Source: a virus
Reading direction: 5' to 3' (one strand)
IMG/VR virus record: IMGVR_UViG_3300045988_075886
Span: 1-36,200 of that record
Length of the DNA: 36,200 nucleotides
Part shown: piece by piece, positions 16,914-24,982 of the stretch
Numbering within the stretch: position 1 is the stretch's first letter
How the letters are laid out: each line of letters opens with the position of its first letter
Position numbers and translations under genes: made by a program
Notes under the pieces: model-generated
The model's database searches: none
Told to the model about the DNA's origin: nothing
The model's input: the letters and a program-made list of their open reading frames with translations, nothing else

Positions 16914-18149
16914 TTACTTTTTTGATTTTCTATTTGCCCATACTGCTTTCTGCGATACACTTCGGCTAAACCCAACAATATTCCCGTTTTTATCTCTGGT
17001 AGCATGGACTTGTGTCCTGGCCGATTCATATCGCCTTCCAGTTTGGTAGCATAAATTTTTCAACTCAGTTTCTTGTTCTTTTAGTTTTACAGATTGCGTA
17101 TCAAATTCCTTTTTGAGTGCATTTTTTGTTTCCTCATTTCTGGATGACTCCATTCCGGAATTAAGTCCAGCTAGAACCCTTTTGTATTCTCTTATCTTTC
17201 TTTCGTGCGCCCTTTGCATTTGGCTTACTTCATATTCTGTGTATTTAACTCCGTTATACTCCATGTTTTTGGAATCATACTCTCTTAACATGCTTTTGGT
17301 ATAAGCCGGAGAAGAAATTCCAGGAAAATAAGCATGGAAATTATGGCGGCAGTTCCATCCACACAATCCAGGTCCTGTGCCGTATCCAGTGCTTTCGTAA
17401 AAAGGAGGATAGTCTTTATCATTTCCTGATATGCAAAATACTCTGCCTTGCCATACTACATGAGATGGTCTGGCTCCGGCATGTGCTGTTGTCTCTACAT
17501 AATCACATCCGGCTTCTTTCGCATATTGCAGATTGATTTCTGCTGCCGTCTGATTCACACCAGTAAGAGCTGCTCTCCTAGTTGCTACATCTAACTTGTC
17601 CACATGACCTGTCGGATATAATACTTCTGTGCTTATTCTGGCAGCCTTTTTTATTGCATTAGCAACAGCTCTGTTATAATTTAATGCCCCTGTTTGTATC
17701 TGCATCATAGCAACGTTGCATGTATCAATAAAAAGAGTCTGTGCTTTGATTGCTGTTGTCATTGTCAAATTGCTCAAGTCTCCAAAAGTTTTTTGGATGT
17801 TTGCACTTAAAATCTGTTGTATTGATTCAGACTGATTCAGTGTTATCGTTTCTTTTCCTGCTGCTTTATAGTAAACAGATTCATTTTCTATATTCTTAAC
17901 ACCTGCTTCTTCAAACATCCTTTTAATTTCTTCTTCTGTATATCCGGTTACCTGACTAATACGACGAATCACATCATCGTATATCATTCCAGCATTTTGT
18001 AATATCTCAATCTGATAATTACTTGTCTCTGATATATTTCCCATCCTAATAATTCGTTTTGCAATGTCAGATACAACTGATACTGAAAACTCATCAATTA
18101 TCGCAAGAAGCTGATCTGAGAATCTATCCAAATATTCTGGGCTTAACAT
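16914..18149 (-). CDS. Head morphogenesis / minor capsid protein (SPP1 gp7, Phage_Mu_F family)
   Basis: 411 aa after the portal gene. Carries the HVVWQGRVF...GLCGWNCRHNF motif typical of MuF domains. Confidence 0.85.
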   Translation of the reverse strand: MLSPEYLDRFSDQLLAIIDEFSVSVVSDIAKRIIRMGNISETSNYQIEILQNAGMIYDDVIRRISQVTGYTEEEIKRMFEEAGVKNIENESVYYKAAGKETITLNQSESIQQILSANIQKTFGDLSNLTMTTAIKAQTLFIDTCNVAMMQIQTGALNYNRAVANAIKKAARISTEVLYPTGHVDKLDVATRRAALTGVNQTAAEINLQYAKEAGCDYVETTAHAGARPSHVVWQGRVFCISGNDKDYPPFYESTGYGTGPGLCGWNCRHNFHAYFPGISSPAYTKSMLREYDSKNMEYNGVKYTEYEVSQMQRAHERKIREYKRVLAGLNSGMESSRNEETKNALKKEFDTQSVKLKEQETELKNLCYQTGRRYESARTQVHATRDKNGNIVGFSRSVSQKAVWANRKSKK

Positions 18150-18152
18150 CTT

Positions 18153-19538
18153 TTATTCCTCCTGTATCTGGAATCTAGTGTCTACCGCCGGCATCATTTT
18201 CAATGCTTCTTCTTCCGAAACTCCATATTTCTTTGCGATATACAGTTCTTTCCGGATAAATCCTAAGGATGCATCCTGCTGCATGGATAAGAGTTCTTTT
18301 TCTTTATCAGCTAAAATGCTGTCACCCCAATCAAAGACAGTGTCATAGTTGCCATATGGTGCAAGATTATAAATGCTAGCATAAAAATCCATTGCAAGTA
18401 TCATATCTTCCAATGCAATCTGTAAATTTTTTTGAATATCTCTTGTAAAATCAAAAGATCGTTGTTTGCTGCTTCTGATCTCTTCCGCTGTCTTATCTGT
18501 GTTATTAGGATCAGAGAGTGTACCATATGCCAGTCCGCAATTAAATTCCACTAGCCGAAGCTGGTGATTAAGCCCGTTGTAATAAGAGGTATCTCTTATG
18601 GCAGGAGAAAAAACATCAAGCAGCGGTTTATCAGTTGCGCCAGATGAATATTCCAGTGCACGATACAAGCGTTCTCTGCCTCCTGGATATACCATTTTAT
18701 CTCTGGATGGTTCATATTTCAGAAGAGAGTCTGCAATATGAACCGCTGTTTCTTTTGCGTCATATTCCCAATCTATCTGTGAATATCTCTTATCTGCCAT
18801 ACGAATCGGATCAATCGCTTTTGCATAAGCAGACACACCAATGGGCGATGTTTCATCTGTATTGTTTGCTAGTGGCATCTTCAAATACCCAAACGGTAAC
18901 CGATCCATACCAGAAAAAGAAATAGATGAAGATAGTTCTGACCACTCTGGAACTGATCCAACAGATATTTCAGATCCTAAGCTAAAGTCATTTTTACTTA
19001 CAAATGCTCTGTTACTAATTTGCAGCAGACCATTTGCAATTTCATGCATTTCAAGTTTTGTATAAATCTTATCCCCTTTCCTGATCTGGCTTGCAAATAC
19101 ACACTTCGTCATTTTCCCGGAGCTATCAAAATCAATTGGGAAAAAGGCATCTGCCTGAATAAACTCAACGCTGATTCCTGCCTGTGTAACGTACGGCTTG
19201 AAAGCCAATCCACCTTTTGCGCATCCATACTCAAGCATTGGCCGCAAGTTGTGAATTACTCTTTGATATGCGCTATTTAACATGTCTGCTCTTGCAGATC
19301 CTGTAATCCTTGTATCAAATTCCAATAAGGTTAATCGGGCAAGCTCTCCTGTAATGGCCCCGGGAAGTCCCATAGTGTAAATCTTATCTTTTACTAACCA
19401 AGGCGGGTGATTTCTATACATTCTGCTCCATAGTTCAATGTCTGACGCCATTTGAGATGTCAGACTAATATCAACTTTGGTATCAGAATCTTTATTAAGA
19501 ACTTCTGTGATTAAGGTTAAAAGTCTTTTGAATTTCAT
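18153..19538 (-). CDS. Portal protein (SPP1 gp6-like)
   Basis: About 461 aa directly after TerL. The ATG at 19538 lies 6 nt after TAGGAG and is preferred over 19544. Confidence 0.85.
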   Translation of the reverse strand: MKFKRLLTLITEVLNKDSDTKVDISLTSQMASDIELWSRMYRNHPPWLVKDKIYTMGLPGAITGELARLTLLEFDTRITGSARADMLNSAYQRVIHNLRPMLEYGCAKGGLAFKPYVTQAGISVEFIQADAFFPIDFDSSGKMTKCVFASQIRKGDKIYTKLEMHEIANGLLQISNRAFVSKNDFSLGSEISVGSVPEWSELSSSISFSGMDRLPFGYLKMPLANNTDETSPIGVSAYAKAIDPIRMADKRYSQIDWEYDAKETAVHIADSLLKYEPSRDKMVYPGGRERLYRALEYSSGATDKPLLDVFSPAIRDTSYYNGLNHQLRLVEFNCGLAYGTLSDPNNTDKTAEEIRSSKQRSFDFTRDIQKNLQIALEDMILAMDFYASIYNLAPYGNYDTVFDWGDSILADKEKELLSMQQDASLGFIRKELYIAKKYGVSEEEALKMMPAVDTRFQIQEE

Positions 19539-19547
19539 ATGCATCTC

Positions 19548-20921
19548 CTATTCATATCGGATCAGCCTTGAAATATCTCGTTCTATCGTATATTCAAAAC
19601 TGTCCAAACTATCAATGTCGCTTGTCCCGTCGTCCAGCCTCACATTTTTTGTAATTTTGTCCGGATCCCATACTGCACTGCAAAGAGCCGTCACCAAGTC
19701 ATCACACGTAAGATCCATATAACTATATCTCCCTTGTGCCATAAGCCTTGTTGTAAGACGAATACGGTTGTTGATCTCTTCTTTCAGCGCATCTTCAACA
19801 CGGATCCAGCCAAGTCCAGCCTTTCGAAGAGCGGATTTTATCCCAAGAATCAATGTTTTTTCTGCGCTGTCACAATACACCACAGTGATATATCCATATA
19901 AATTAATTACCTGAAGACAAAAATCCACAAACAGATTTCCTAGTTCTTCTGGATCAATATCGATCTGATTGCCGTTCTCGTCCTGACACAAGTGCCGTTT
20001 CGCAGCCAGCGATACAACTTCTTGATAACCTCTGGTAATTGCCGTTGCGGAAAAAGCATGTCCAGAAGATGAGCCTCCAAAATCCACACCCAGAATGATT
20101 TCCATGATGTCTTTCGGTTTCTCTGTCCTTCGGAAATTATGCAAACCGTTATTAAAATCTTCCGCGAACTGTCGGTAAATAAGTCCTTGTGCCGTAACTC
20201 TTTTTCCTTTTATATCCTGCATATACCATATGCTTCCCGGAACATATTGACTTTCTACTTCGCGGATACGCTCCTTTGACAAATTGATATTGTCATAAAG
20301 AGTGCAGTGTATATAGTTATAGCCGCCAATAAGCTCTCCGGCAGCAGCCTGCTTTGCGTATTTATCGATATATTCCTTGTATATCCAACTATTCGGATTG
20401 TCTGGGTTCAGATCCCAAAAAATTTTCCTTCGATCTGCAGCGATCGTTCGGTTAAATGCTTCTCGGATCGTTTTCCTGTGATGTAAGTTAATTTCTGTTG
20501 CAATCCACATTCCATAAGAATTTCCACGAATCCTTTTATAGCTGTCTTCTTTTGCCGCCCCCGCAAAAATAACTACTCTCTGATGGTTTCTTGTTGCTGA
20601 TCCTTTAATAAACAAAGCTTCATTGTCTTTATATTTTCCCCAGCGGCATTGTCCTCGAAAAATCCACTCTAGTCCAAATCCATTTGCGTCTCCGATGTTT
20701 AGCTTTGCGGCTCCTACAGTAGATCCTGTAGCCAAATGAATCCTATCCTTTGTTGTCTTCAATTCGTGGGCAAAGGCAAATACGTTATCAATAGTTTTCC
20801 CTGCCCTGACTGCTCCTTCTGCCACATTGTACATACAAGACTCGCATTTTCGAATGTATTCTTTGTGTTTTTCTCCAAACCGAAAAGGAATTGTCTTTTT
20901 TCTTTTAATCTTTGCCGCCAT
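19548..20921 (-). CDS. terL: Terminase large subunit (PBSX/Terminase_3-like)
   Basis: Walker A-like AEGAVRAGKT near the N-terminus and a nuclease-type acidic C-terminal half. The ATG at 20921 is preceded by GAAGGAGAA and is preferred over the TTG at 20936. Confidence 0.9.
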   Translation of the reverse strand: MAAKIKRKKTIPFRFGEKHKEYIRKCESCMYNVAEGAVRAGKTIDNVFAFAHELKTTKDRIHLATGSTVGAAKLNIGDANGFGLEWIFRGQCRWGKYKDNEALFIKGSATRNHQRVVIFAGAAKEDSYKRIRGNSYGMWIATEINLHHRKTIREAFNRTIAADRRKIFWDLNPDNPNSWIYKEYIDKYAKQAAAGELIGGYNYIHCTLYDNINLSKERIREVESQYVPGSIWYMQDIKGKRVTAQGLIYRQFAEDFNNGLHNFRRTEKPKDIMEIILGVDFGGSSSGHAFSATAITRGYQEVVSLAAKRHLCQDENGNQIDIDPEELGNLFVDFCLQVINLYGYITVVYCDSAEKTLILGIKSALRKAGLGWIRVEDALKEEINNRIRLTTRLMAQGRYSYMDLTCDDLVTALCSAVWDPDKITKNVRLDDGTSDIDSLDSFEYTIERDISRLIRYE

Positions 20922-21348
20922 AGATTTCTCCTTCAATATCCTCCAGATCTTCTATCTCTTGATTATTTCCGGTAAGTTTATCTACCTGCGCATTCAAAAG
21001 TCTGACCCGTGCTTCCTGCTCGTCCGCCTTTTCGTATCGTTTCATTAACTCTCTTCCAGCAGCCAAGCGGTCTGAAAGTGATGCATCCATATCAAATTGA
21101 TCTTTTATCTCGCCTCTCAGGACGGAAGAATAAAACTCTAAGACCTCTTTTATATTCGCAATACGCGAATCCTCAATTTGCTTCTGACGTTCTGCTATAT
21201 ATTCAAGAATGTTAGGTTTGCTAAGGTTTTCGCTTCCTATGACTGTTGCCGTTTTCTCTGAATATCCTGCTTTTCTTGCCGCTTCCGCAGCGTTCCCACA
21301 TATTAGATATTCATCAGCAAAGGCTTTTTGCTTCGGTGTGAGTTTCAC
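20905..21348 (-). CDS. terS: Terminase small subunit (Terminase_4-like)
   Basis: The N-terminus KLTPKQKAFADEYLICGNAAEAARKAGYSEKTA is the classic TerS HTH. GTG start. Confidence 0.9.
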   Translation of the reverse strand: MKLTPKQKAFADEYLICGNAAEAARKAGYSEKTATVIGSENLSKPNILEYIAERQKQIEDSRIANIKEVLEFYSSVLRGEIKDQFDMDASLSDRLAAGRELMKRYEKADEQEARVRLLNAQVDKLTGNNQEIEDLEDIEGEIYGGKD

Positions 21349-21416
21349 ATTTACCCACCATCCTTTATAATCTCAATATTTCTCAACCGCTTATCATCCT
21401 TTTTGGTTTCTATCAC

Positions 21417-21668
21417 TTATTTCACCGCCTTCCATATATCACTTAAACAATTCACGATTTCTACCTGTGATGCTGTTCGTATGATTTCATAATCTTTTTC
21501 TTTCCACTTCCCGTATTTATTCCGGTACGTTATCCTTGTACTAAGAATCCGTATGGTTATCATTCGATTTTGTTCTTTGCTGTAAAATTGCGTTGATCCT
21601 ATTTTTACAACAAGTCCACTCTGTAAAATCGCACGTTGCAACTTTCGTGTAATACTATTTAATTTCAT
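21417..21668 (-). CDS. Hypothetical 83-aa basic protein
   Basis: ORF abutting the upstream gene (stop 21669, start 21668). Confidence 0.5.
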   Translation of the reverse strand: MKLNSITRKLQRAILQSGLVVKIGSTQFYSKEQNRMITIRILSTRITYRNKYGKWKEKDYEIIRTASQVEIVNCLSDIWKAVK

Positions 21669-22037
21669 TTACCTTCCTTTAAATCGGTTATCTATTTCTT
21701 TGTCCAGCCTTCTCTGGCTTCGTTTATATGATGCAGAAGTAATTTCTCTTGTTGTAGCTTCTCCATAGCCGTTCACAAATTTTCTTCTCGTCGTACTTGT
21801 ATCTGTGCTTTTTCTATTTTTAAGTTTTGCATCTAACAATTTTCTTCTTTGCGCCTCTAAGCCTTGTCTTTTTCTTTGCAAGCTATAATATCTGTCTGGA
21901 AGATTCATCGCACTTCCGTTGCTACGAACAATCTTTTCCAGTTGTGTATTGATATTTTCTATTTTTTTGTCTAAACTCGCCGCGCTTCTACCTGTTTTTC
22001 CGGCGCCCATTCGTGAACTTGATCCTCTTCCGCCCAT
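21669..22037 (-). CDS. Hypothetical basic protein starting MGGRGSSSRMGAGK
   Basis: The ATG at 22037 is preceded by GAGGA-N5 and forms a TAATG overlap with the upstream ORF. Its N-terminal motif duplicates that of the interrupted gene upstream. Confidence 0.55.
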   Translation of the reverse strand: MGGRGSSSRMGAGKTGRSAASLDKKIENINTQLEKIVRSNGSAMNLPDRYYSLQRKRQGLEAQRRKLLDAKLKNRKSTDTSTTRRKFVNGYGEATTREITSASYKRSQRRLDKEIDNRFKGR

Positions 22038-22402
22038 TAATGTCCTCGCCATCCTTTCCTAGGTCTTGGAGCCGCCCGATACCACTGATCGTTTAGCCAT
22101 TCATTTGTTTTTTCTCTGTCTTTTTTATAATCTTGCTTCGTCTTCTTTATTTCCTGATCAGATATTTTTTTGACCGAAGCGCCATTGTTTTTTGCCCGAT
22201 TAATAAATTCTTGCATCGTCATATTATTCGGCGTAGGCTGTGGCTTCCCATCAATTAATCTCTGATAATAATTGGTTCCTTCGCTAGAATGAAAGTAATA
22301 TTATGTGGTCTCACCGTTAAGCGAAACCAAGACCCCTCGCGTCTTTATTTTGCCTGCTCCTCCTTTGCTTCCCATTCCGCTTGAACTTCCTCTGCCTCCC
22401 AT
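22037..22402 (-). pseudogene. Gene starting MGGRGSSSGMGSKGGAGK, interrupted by a single in-frame TAA (22303..22301); pseudogene or readthrough candidate
   Basis: The ATG at 22402 has a GAGGT RBS. After 33 codons there is a TAA, then the same frame stays open for 88 more codons, including the 61-aa track ORF. That track ORF's own ATG has no RBS. Confidence 0.5.
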
Positions 22403-22404
22403 GT

Positions 22405-23025
22405 TTACCTCATCTCCTTATACTTTTCCTGATAGGCTTTAATCGAAACGATATTCCCGTTACACTCATCAGGAACTTTCCCGTAGAAAATAATCGTTGT
22501 AGGATTTAGCCTGTCCATCATTTCCAGATACCCTTGAATAAAGAGATCTATGCGCTGTTTACTATTCATACAGCCAACAGAAGAAACCGCCACTGTACCG
22601 CCAACAGGTTCTCCATCAAAACACCATTCAAAGGATTCTTGATCACTCCATGATATTGTCGGAATTACATCTATTCCATACATTTGTAAATATGCACCTA
22701 TCCAATGCTTGCGATAATGGTTGTAAATCTGCATAGCCTTTGGAAAATCTGTATAAGTACTAAAATCCGGAGACATGACGTGAGTAAAATCTAATAACAT
22801 ATTTATGTATCGATCCGGCGCATTCCACAAGCGATTAAACTGATAGTCATCTATGAAGAAATGGATTCCTTTGCCCTCTCTGTTTTTGCAGCTCTTTGCA
22901 TAGTTAAAAGGCATAAAATCGCACTTTTTGTAACTTGTAGGCTGTATTTCTGGAACCTGATATTGCCCAACTCCATCAAAAATCATTTTCTGTAAATTTT
23001 CATAATTTTTCTTTTCTCTATACAC
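22405..23025 (-). CDS. DUF4417-like protein (function unknown), first gene after the late leader
   Basis: 206 aa with the motif pattern FFIDDYQF...SPDFSTY-D-P...N-YR..W.G...Q..GI.VIPT.SW, recalled as DUF4417. GTG start after GGAGAA. Confidence 0.5.
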   Translation of the reverse strand: MYREKKNYENLQKMIFDGVGQYQVPEIQPTSYKKCDFMPFNYAKSCKNREGKGIHFFIDDYQFNRLWNAPDRYINMLLDFTHVMSPDFSTYTDFPKAMQIYNHYRKHWIGAYLQMYGIDVIPTISWSDQESFEWCFDGEPVGGTVAVSSVGCMNSKQRIDLFIQGYLEMMDRLNPTTIIFYGKVPDECNGNIVSIKAYQEKYKEMR

Positions 23026-23061
23026 GATGCTTATTTCTCCATTTCCTTTCTAAATTTGTGC

Positions 23062-23090
23062 ATAAAAACAGCACCCATCTCTGGATGCTG
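23062..23090 (-). terminator. Intrinsic terminator 36 nt upstream of the first late-operon gene
   Basis: Minus strand reads CAGCATCCA gaga TGGGTGCTG followed by TTTTTAT (8 of 9 bp stem). Confidence 0.7.
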
Positions 23091-23272
23091 AAAAAAAATA
23101 ATAAATAAAGGAAGCTTTGTACGACAAAACCCACCATCAAACAATTCATAGTAGAGCCCCGGAGTCCGAAGATCATCCAAGTTCGTTCCTTGAGTGAGAG
23201 GGCGCCACTTGGGACGCCCATAAGAAGGCTATATGAAAAAACGTTAGATCATCATCTACTCGTTCTAGAATA

Positions 23273-23281
23273 ATTATAGCA
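23273..23281 (-). promoter_or_regulatory. Extended -10 promoter element (TGcTATAAT) just downstream of the late regulator gene
   Basis: Minus strand reads TGCTATAAT with no good -35. It lies about 190 nt upstream of the terminator at 23062-23090. Confidence 0.45.
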
Positions 23282-23301
23282 TATCATTTTGTTTAATAGG
23301 T

Positions 23302-23718
23302 TTAATCTTTCACATATTGGCCAATTATTTGAGATATTCTTCCTTTGCTGTATCCTGCTCTTTCACCAGCCTCTTGTTGTGTTTTTCCGTTCAAGAATAC
23401 CATTTCAAATATCTGACGATGGCTACTATCCGGAATATCTGCAATGAACTCTTCTATCTCGATCAGAAGATCATTCACTTGATCTTTACGCCTCTCATTG
23501 ATCATCCTCTGTCTGATGATATGATCCATTTTCTTAGGCTCGTCCATAGCTACCATCATATGTGTCTCTATGTATGGAAATTCAGGCGCAGATCCCTTTA
23601 CTTTTCCGTAGATCACCGGAACATCGTCCTCTCTTTCCTCTAACCTATCGAGCTTCTTTTCTATCATCTCCTGTTCTCTCTTTAGTGATATGTACTGCTT
23701 TAATGTCTTCTTGTCCAC
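23302..23718 (-). CDS. Late transcriptional regulator with a sigma-70 region-4-like HTH (ArpU/RinA/DUF1492-type)
   Basis: The C-terminus RQIFEMVFLNGKTQQEAGERAGYSKGRISQII is a region-4 HTH. The N-terminus is a coiled coil. GTG start with a GGAGGGGAG RBS. It is the last gene before the packaging/structural operon. Confidence 0.7.
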   Translation of the reverse strand: MDKKTLKQYISLKREQEMIEKKLDRLEEREDDVPVIYGKVKGSAPEFPYIETHMMVAMDEPKKMDHIIRQRMINERRKDQVNDLLIEIEEFIADIPDSSHRQIFEMVFLNGKTQQEAGERAGYSKGRISQIIGQYVKD

Positions 23719-23854
23719 GCTCTCCCCTCCTGCTTACGTCTTTGATCTGCTTCTTTACTCTGTCGCAATAACTGCCGTACCATTCCAGATACTTGACCCG
23801 ATCCCGGCACAAGCCCATGCAGTATTCTGCACAGGCCTTGCATGGGTTCTTCAT
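23645..23854 (-). CDS. Small Cys-rich protein with a basic tail (paralog of the 23998-24213 product)
   Basis: 69 aa. Carries CKACAEYCMGLCRDRVKYLEW, compared with CPCYSC...CHPDCKRFLDW in the paralog. Overlaps the regulator gene by 74 nt. Confidence 0.5.
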   Translation of the reverse strand: MKNPCKACAEYCMGLCRDRVKYLEWYGSYCDRVKKQIKDVSRRGERGQEDIKAVHITKERTGDDRKEAR

Positions 23855-23994
23855 GGTTTTAACTCCGTTTCAGCCAGGAACCGGAGCATTTTCTCTTGCC
23901 GCTTGATGGTTTCTCGCAGTTCGTTGTTTTCTTTCGCCAGCCCGGAGGCAAGCACTGCTAGTCCACATACTGCTAAAAATAGAATTATGTCCAT
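23851..23994 (-). CDS. 47-aa single-pass membrane protein (MDIILFLAVCGLAVLASGLAKENNEL...)
   Basis: Not in the ORF track. GGAAGGAGGT RBS 5 nt upstream. Its stop forms an ATGA overlap with the next gene. Confidence 0.6.
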   Translation of the reverse strand: MDIILFLAVCGLAVLASGLAKENNELRETIKRQEKMLRFLAETELKP

Positions 23995-23997
23995 TCC

Positions 23998-24213
23998 TTA
24001 CCTCCTTCCCGCCTTCTGGTTCATCTGTTTTCTTTTTATGGATTTCGCCATCGTCTCTGATCGGTACGGCCTATCCTTCCTTTTCTTCTCCCTTGCTCTC
24101 TGCTGTTTTACCTTCCAATCTAAAAATCTTTTGCAATCCGGATGACAAGCGACTCTTTTGGTTCCTATCGCCCGATCGGTGCAAGAATAGCAAGGGCAAT
24201 CTATGTAAGCCAT
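23998..24213 (-). CDS. Small Cys-rich (zinc-ribbon-like) protein with a basic tail
   Basis: 71 aa with Cys at positions 6, 8, 11, 23 and 27 and a Lys/Arg-rich C-terminus. Confidence 0.5.
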   Translation of the reverse strand: MAYIDCPCYSCTDRAIGTKRVACHPDCKRFLDWKVKQQRAREKKRKDRPYRSETMAKSIKRKQMNQKAGRR

Positions 24214-24543
24214 TCACTTGTCCCCCTTTGTTGCTAAAGCTTCTGCCCTTCGTTCCTCTCTTATTAGCTTCCTGTCAATAATGTTTTCTATTTTCTCATC
24301 CGGTATGTTTAATAGTATTTGCACCTGCTCGAGACAAACAATAACGCCTGCCATTTCTTCCGTTATTGCTCTTATGTGGTCTTTGTTGTACGTTATAATC
24401 CCGCTGTCTTCTTTCCACTTTTTGTTTATTGCCTGTGTGAGTTTTGCCATTTCTTCTATCAGCTGCCGACTTTGTGATTCATAGCCGCACATAAAAGCCG
24501 TAGTATAAATTTTATCTATATCAATGTTTCCTGGAAAAATCAT
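24214..24543 (-). CDS. MazG-like all-alpha nucleotide pyrophosphohydrolase (putative)
   Basis: The EEMAKLTQAI...EEMAGVIVCLEQ pattern resembles small MazG/NTP-PPase proteins. The ATG at 24543 is coupled by ATGA to the upstream micro-ORF and is preferred over the GTG at 24594. Confidence 0.45.
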   Translation of the reverse strand: MIFPGNIDIDKIYTTAFMCGYESQSRQLIEEMAKLTQAINKKWKEDSGIITYNKDHIRAITEEMAGVIVCLEQVQILLNIPDEKIENIIDRKLIREERRAEALATKGDK

Positions 24544-24653
24544 GATTTTCTTTCCTCTCTTTCTTTCTGCCTTTTTGCTTCTCCCAGTGCCCACAAAGTA
24601 ACACCTACGGCACCAAATCCGGCGCCTATAATAAATGCTAAAATAGCTCCCAT
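24540..24653 (-). CDS. 37-aa single-pass membrane peptide (MGAILAFIIGAGFGAVGVTLWALGEAKRQKEREERKS)
   Basis: Not in the ORF track. TAATG overlap with the upstream gene and ATGA overlap with the downstream gene. Confidence 0.5.
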   Translation of the reverse strand: MGAILAFIIGAGFGAVGVTLWALGEAKRQKEREERKS

Positions 24654-24976
24654 TATTTTACTCCTTTCTTTGGAATGTATAAACCTGGAAGTGGCTGCCA
24701 TGCGATAATTCCATCTATATCCCCAAAACTTGCGTCTAAATCTGCGTCGTATTCTGTGAGATATGTGTATTTTCCATCAGTGCACAAAACAGAGTCACCA
24801 TCTCCTGGAGAACATTCTTCCACTGGAATCCATCCGTCATTCATGTACTTGCGGATGATCTCTTCTGCTCTATTTCCTGCGTCATTGTCTATAATGCATC
24901 CTTCTGCCTTTAATTGTTCTATTATCTCTTCTAAAATCTTCTCTAACATGTCATTCTCCTTAACCTTTCTTAACAA
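24653..24976 (-). CDS. Hypothetical protein, DUF551-like (GWIPVEE...AWQPLP)
   Basis: 107 aa. The motif pattern is recalled from phage DUF551 proteins. Confidence 0.4.
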   Translation of the reverse strand: MLRKVKENDMLEKILEEIIEQLKAEGCIIDNDAGNRAEEIIRKYMNDGWIPVEECSPGDGDSVLCTDGKYTYLTEYDADLDASFGDIDGIIAWQPLPGLYIPKKGVK

Positions 24977-24982
24977 TTAATG

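Noticed and set aside
22301-22303. Genome-wide stop-codon reassignment (TAA read as sense)
   Set aside because: Every other gene closes normally with standard stops, including many TAA, and ORFs are contiguous under the standard code. A single in-frame stop does not support recoding.
23018-23221. 67-aa minus-strand ORF in the late leader region
   Set aside because: It has no RBS, a hydrophobic low-complexity product, contains the terminator hairpin in its coding sequence, and overlaps the next gene start. It is most likely non-coding.
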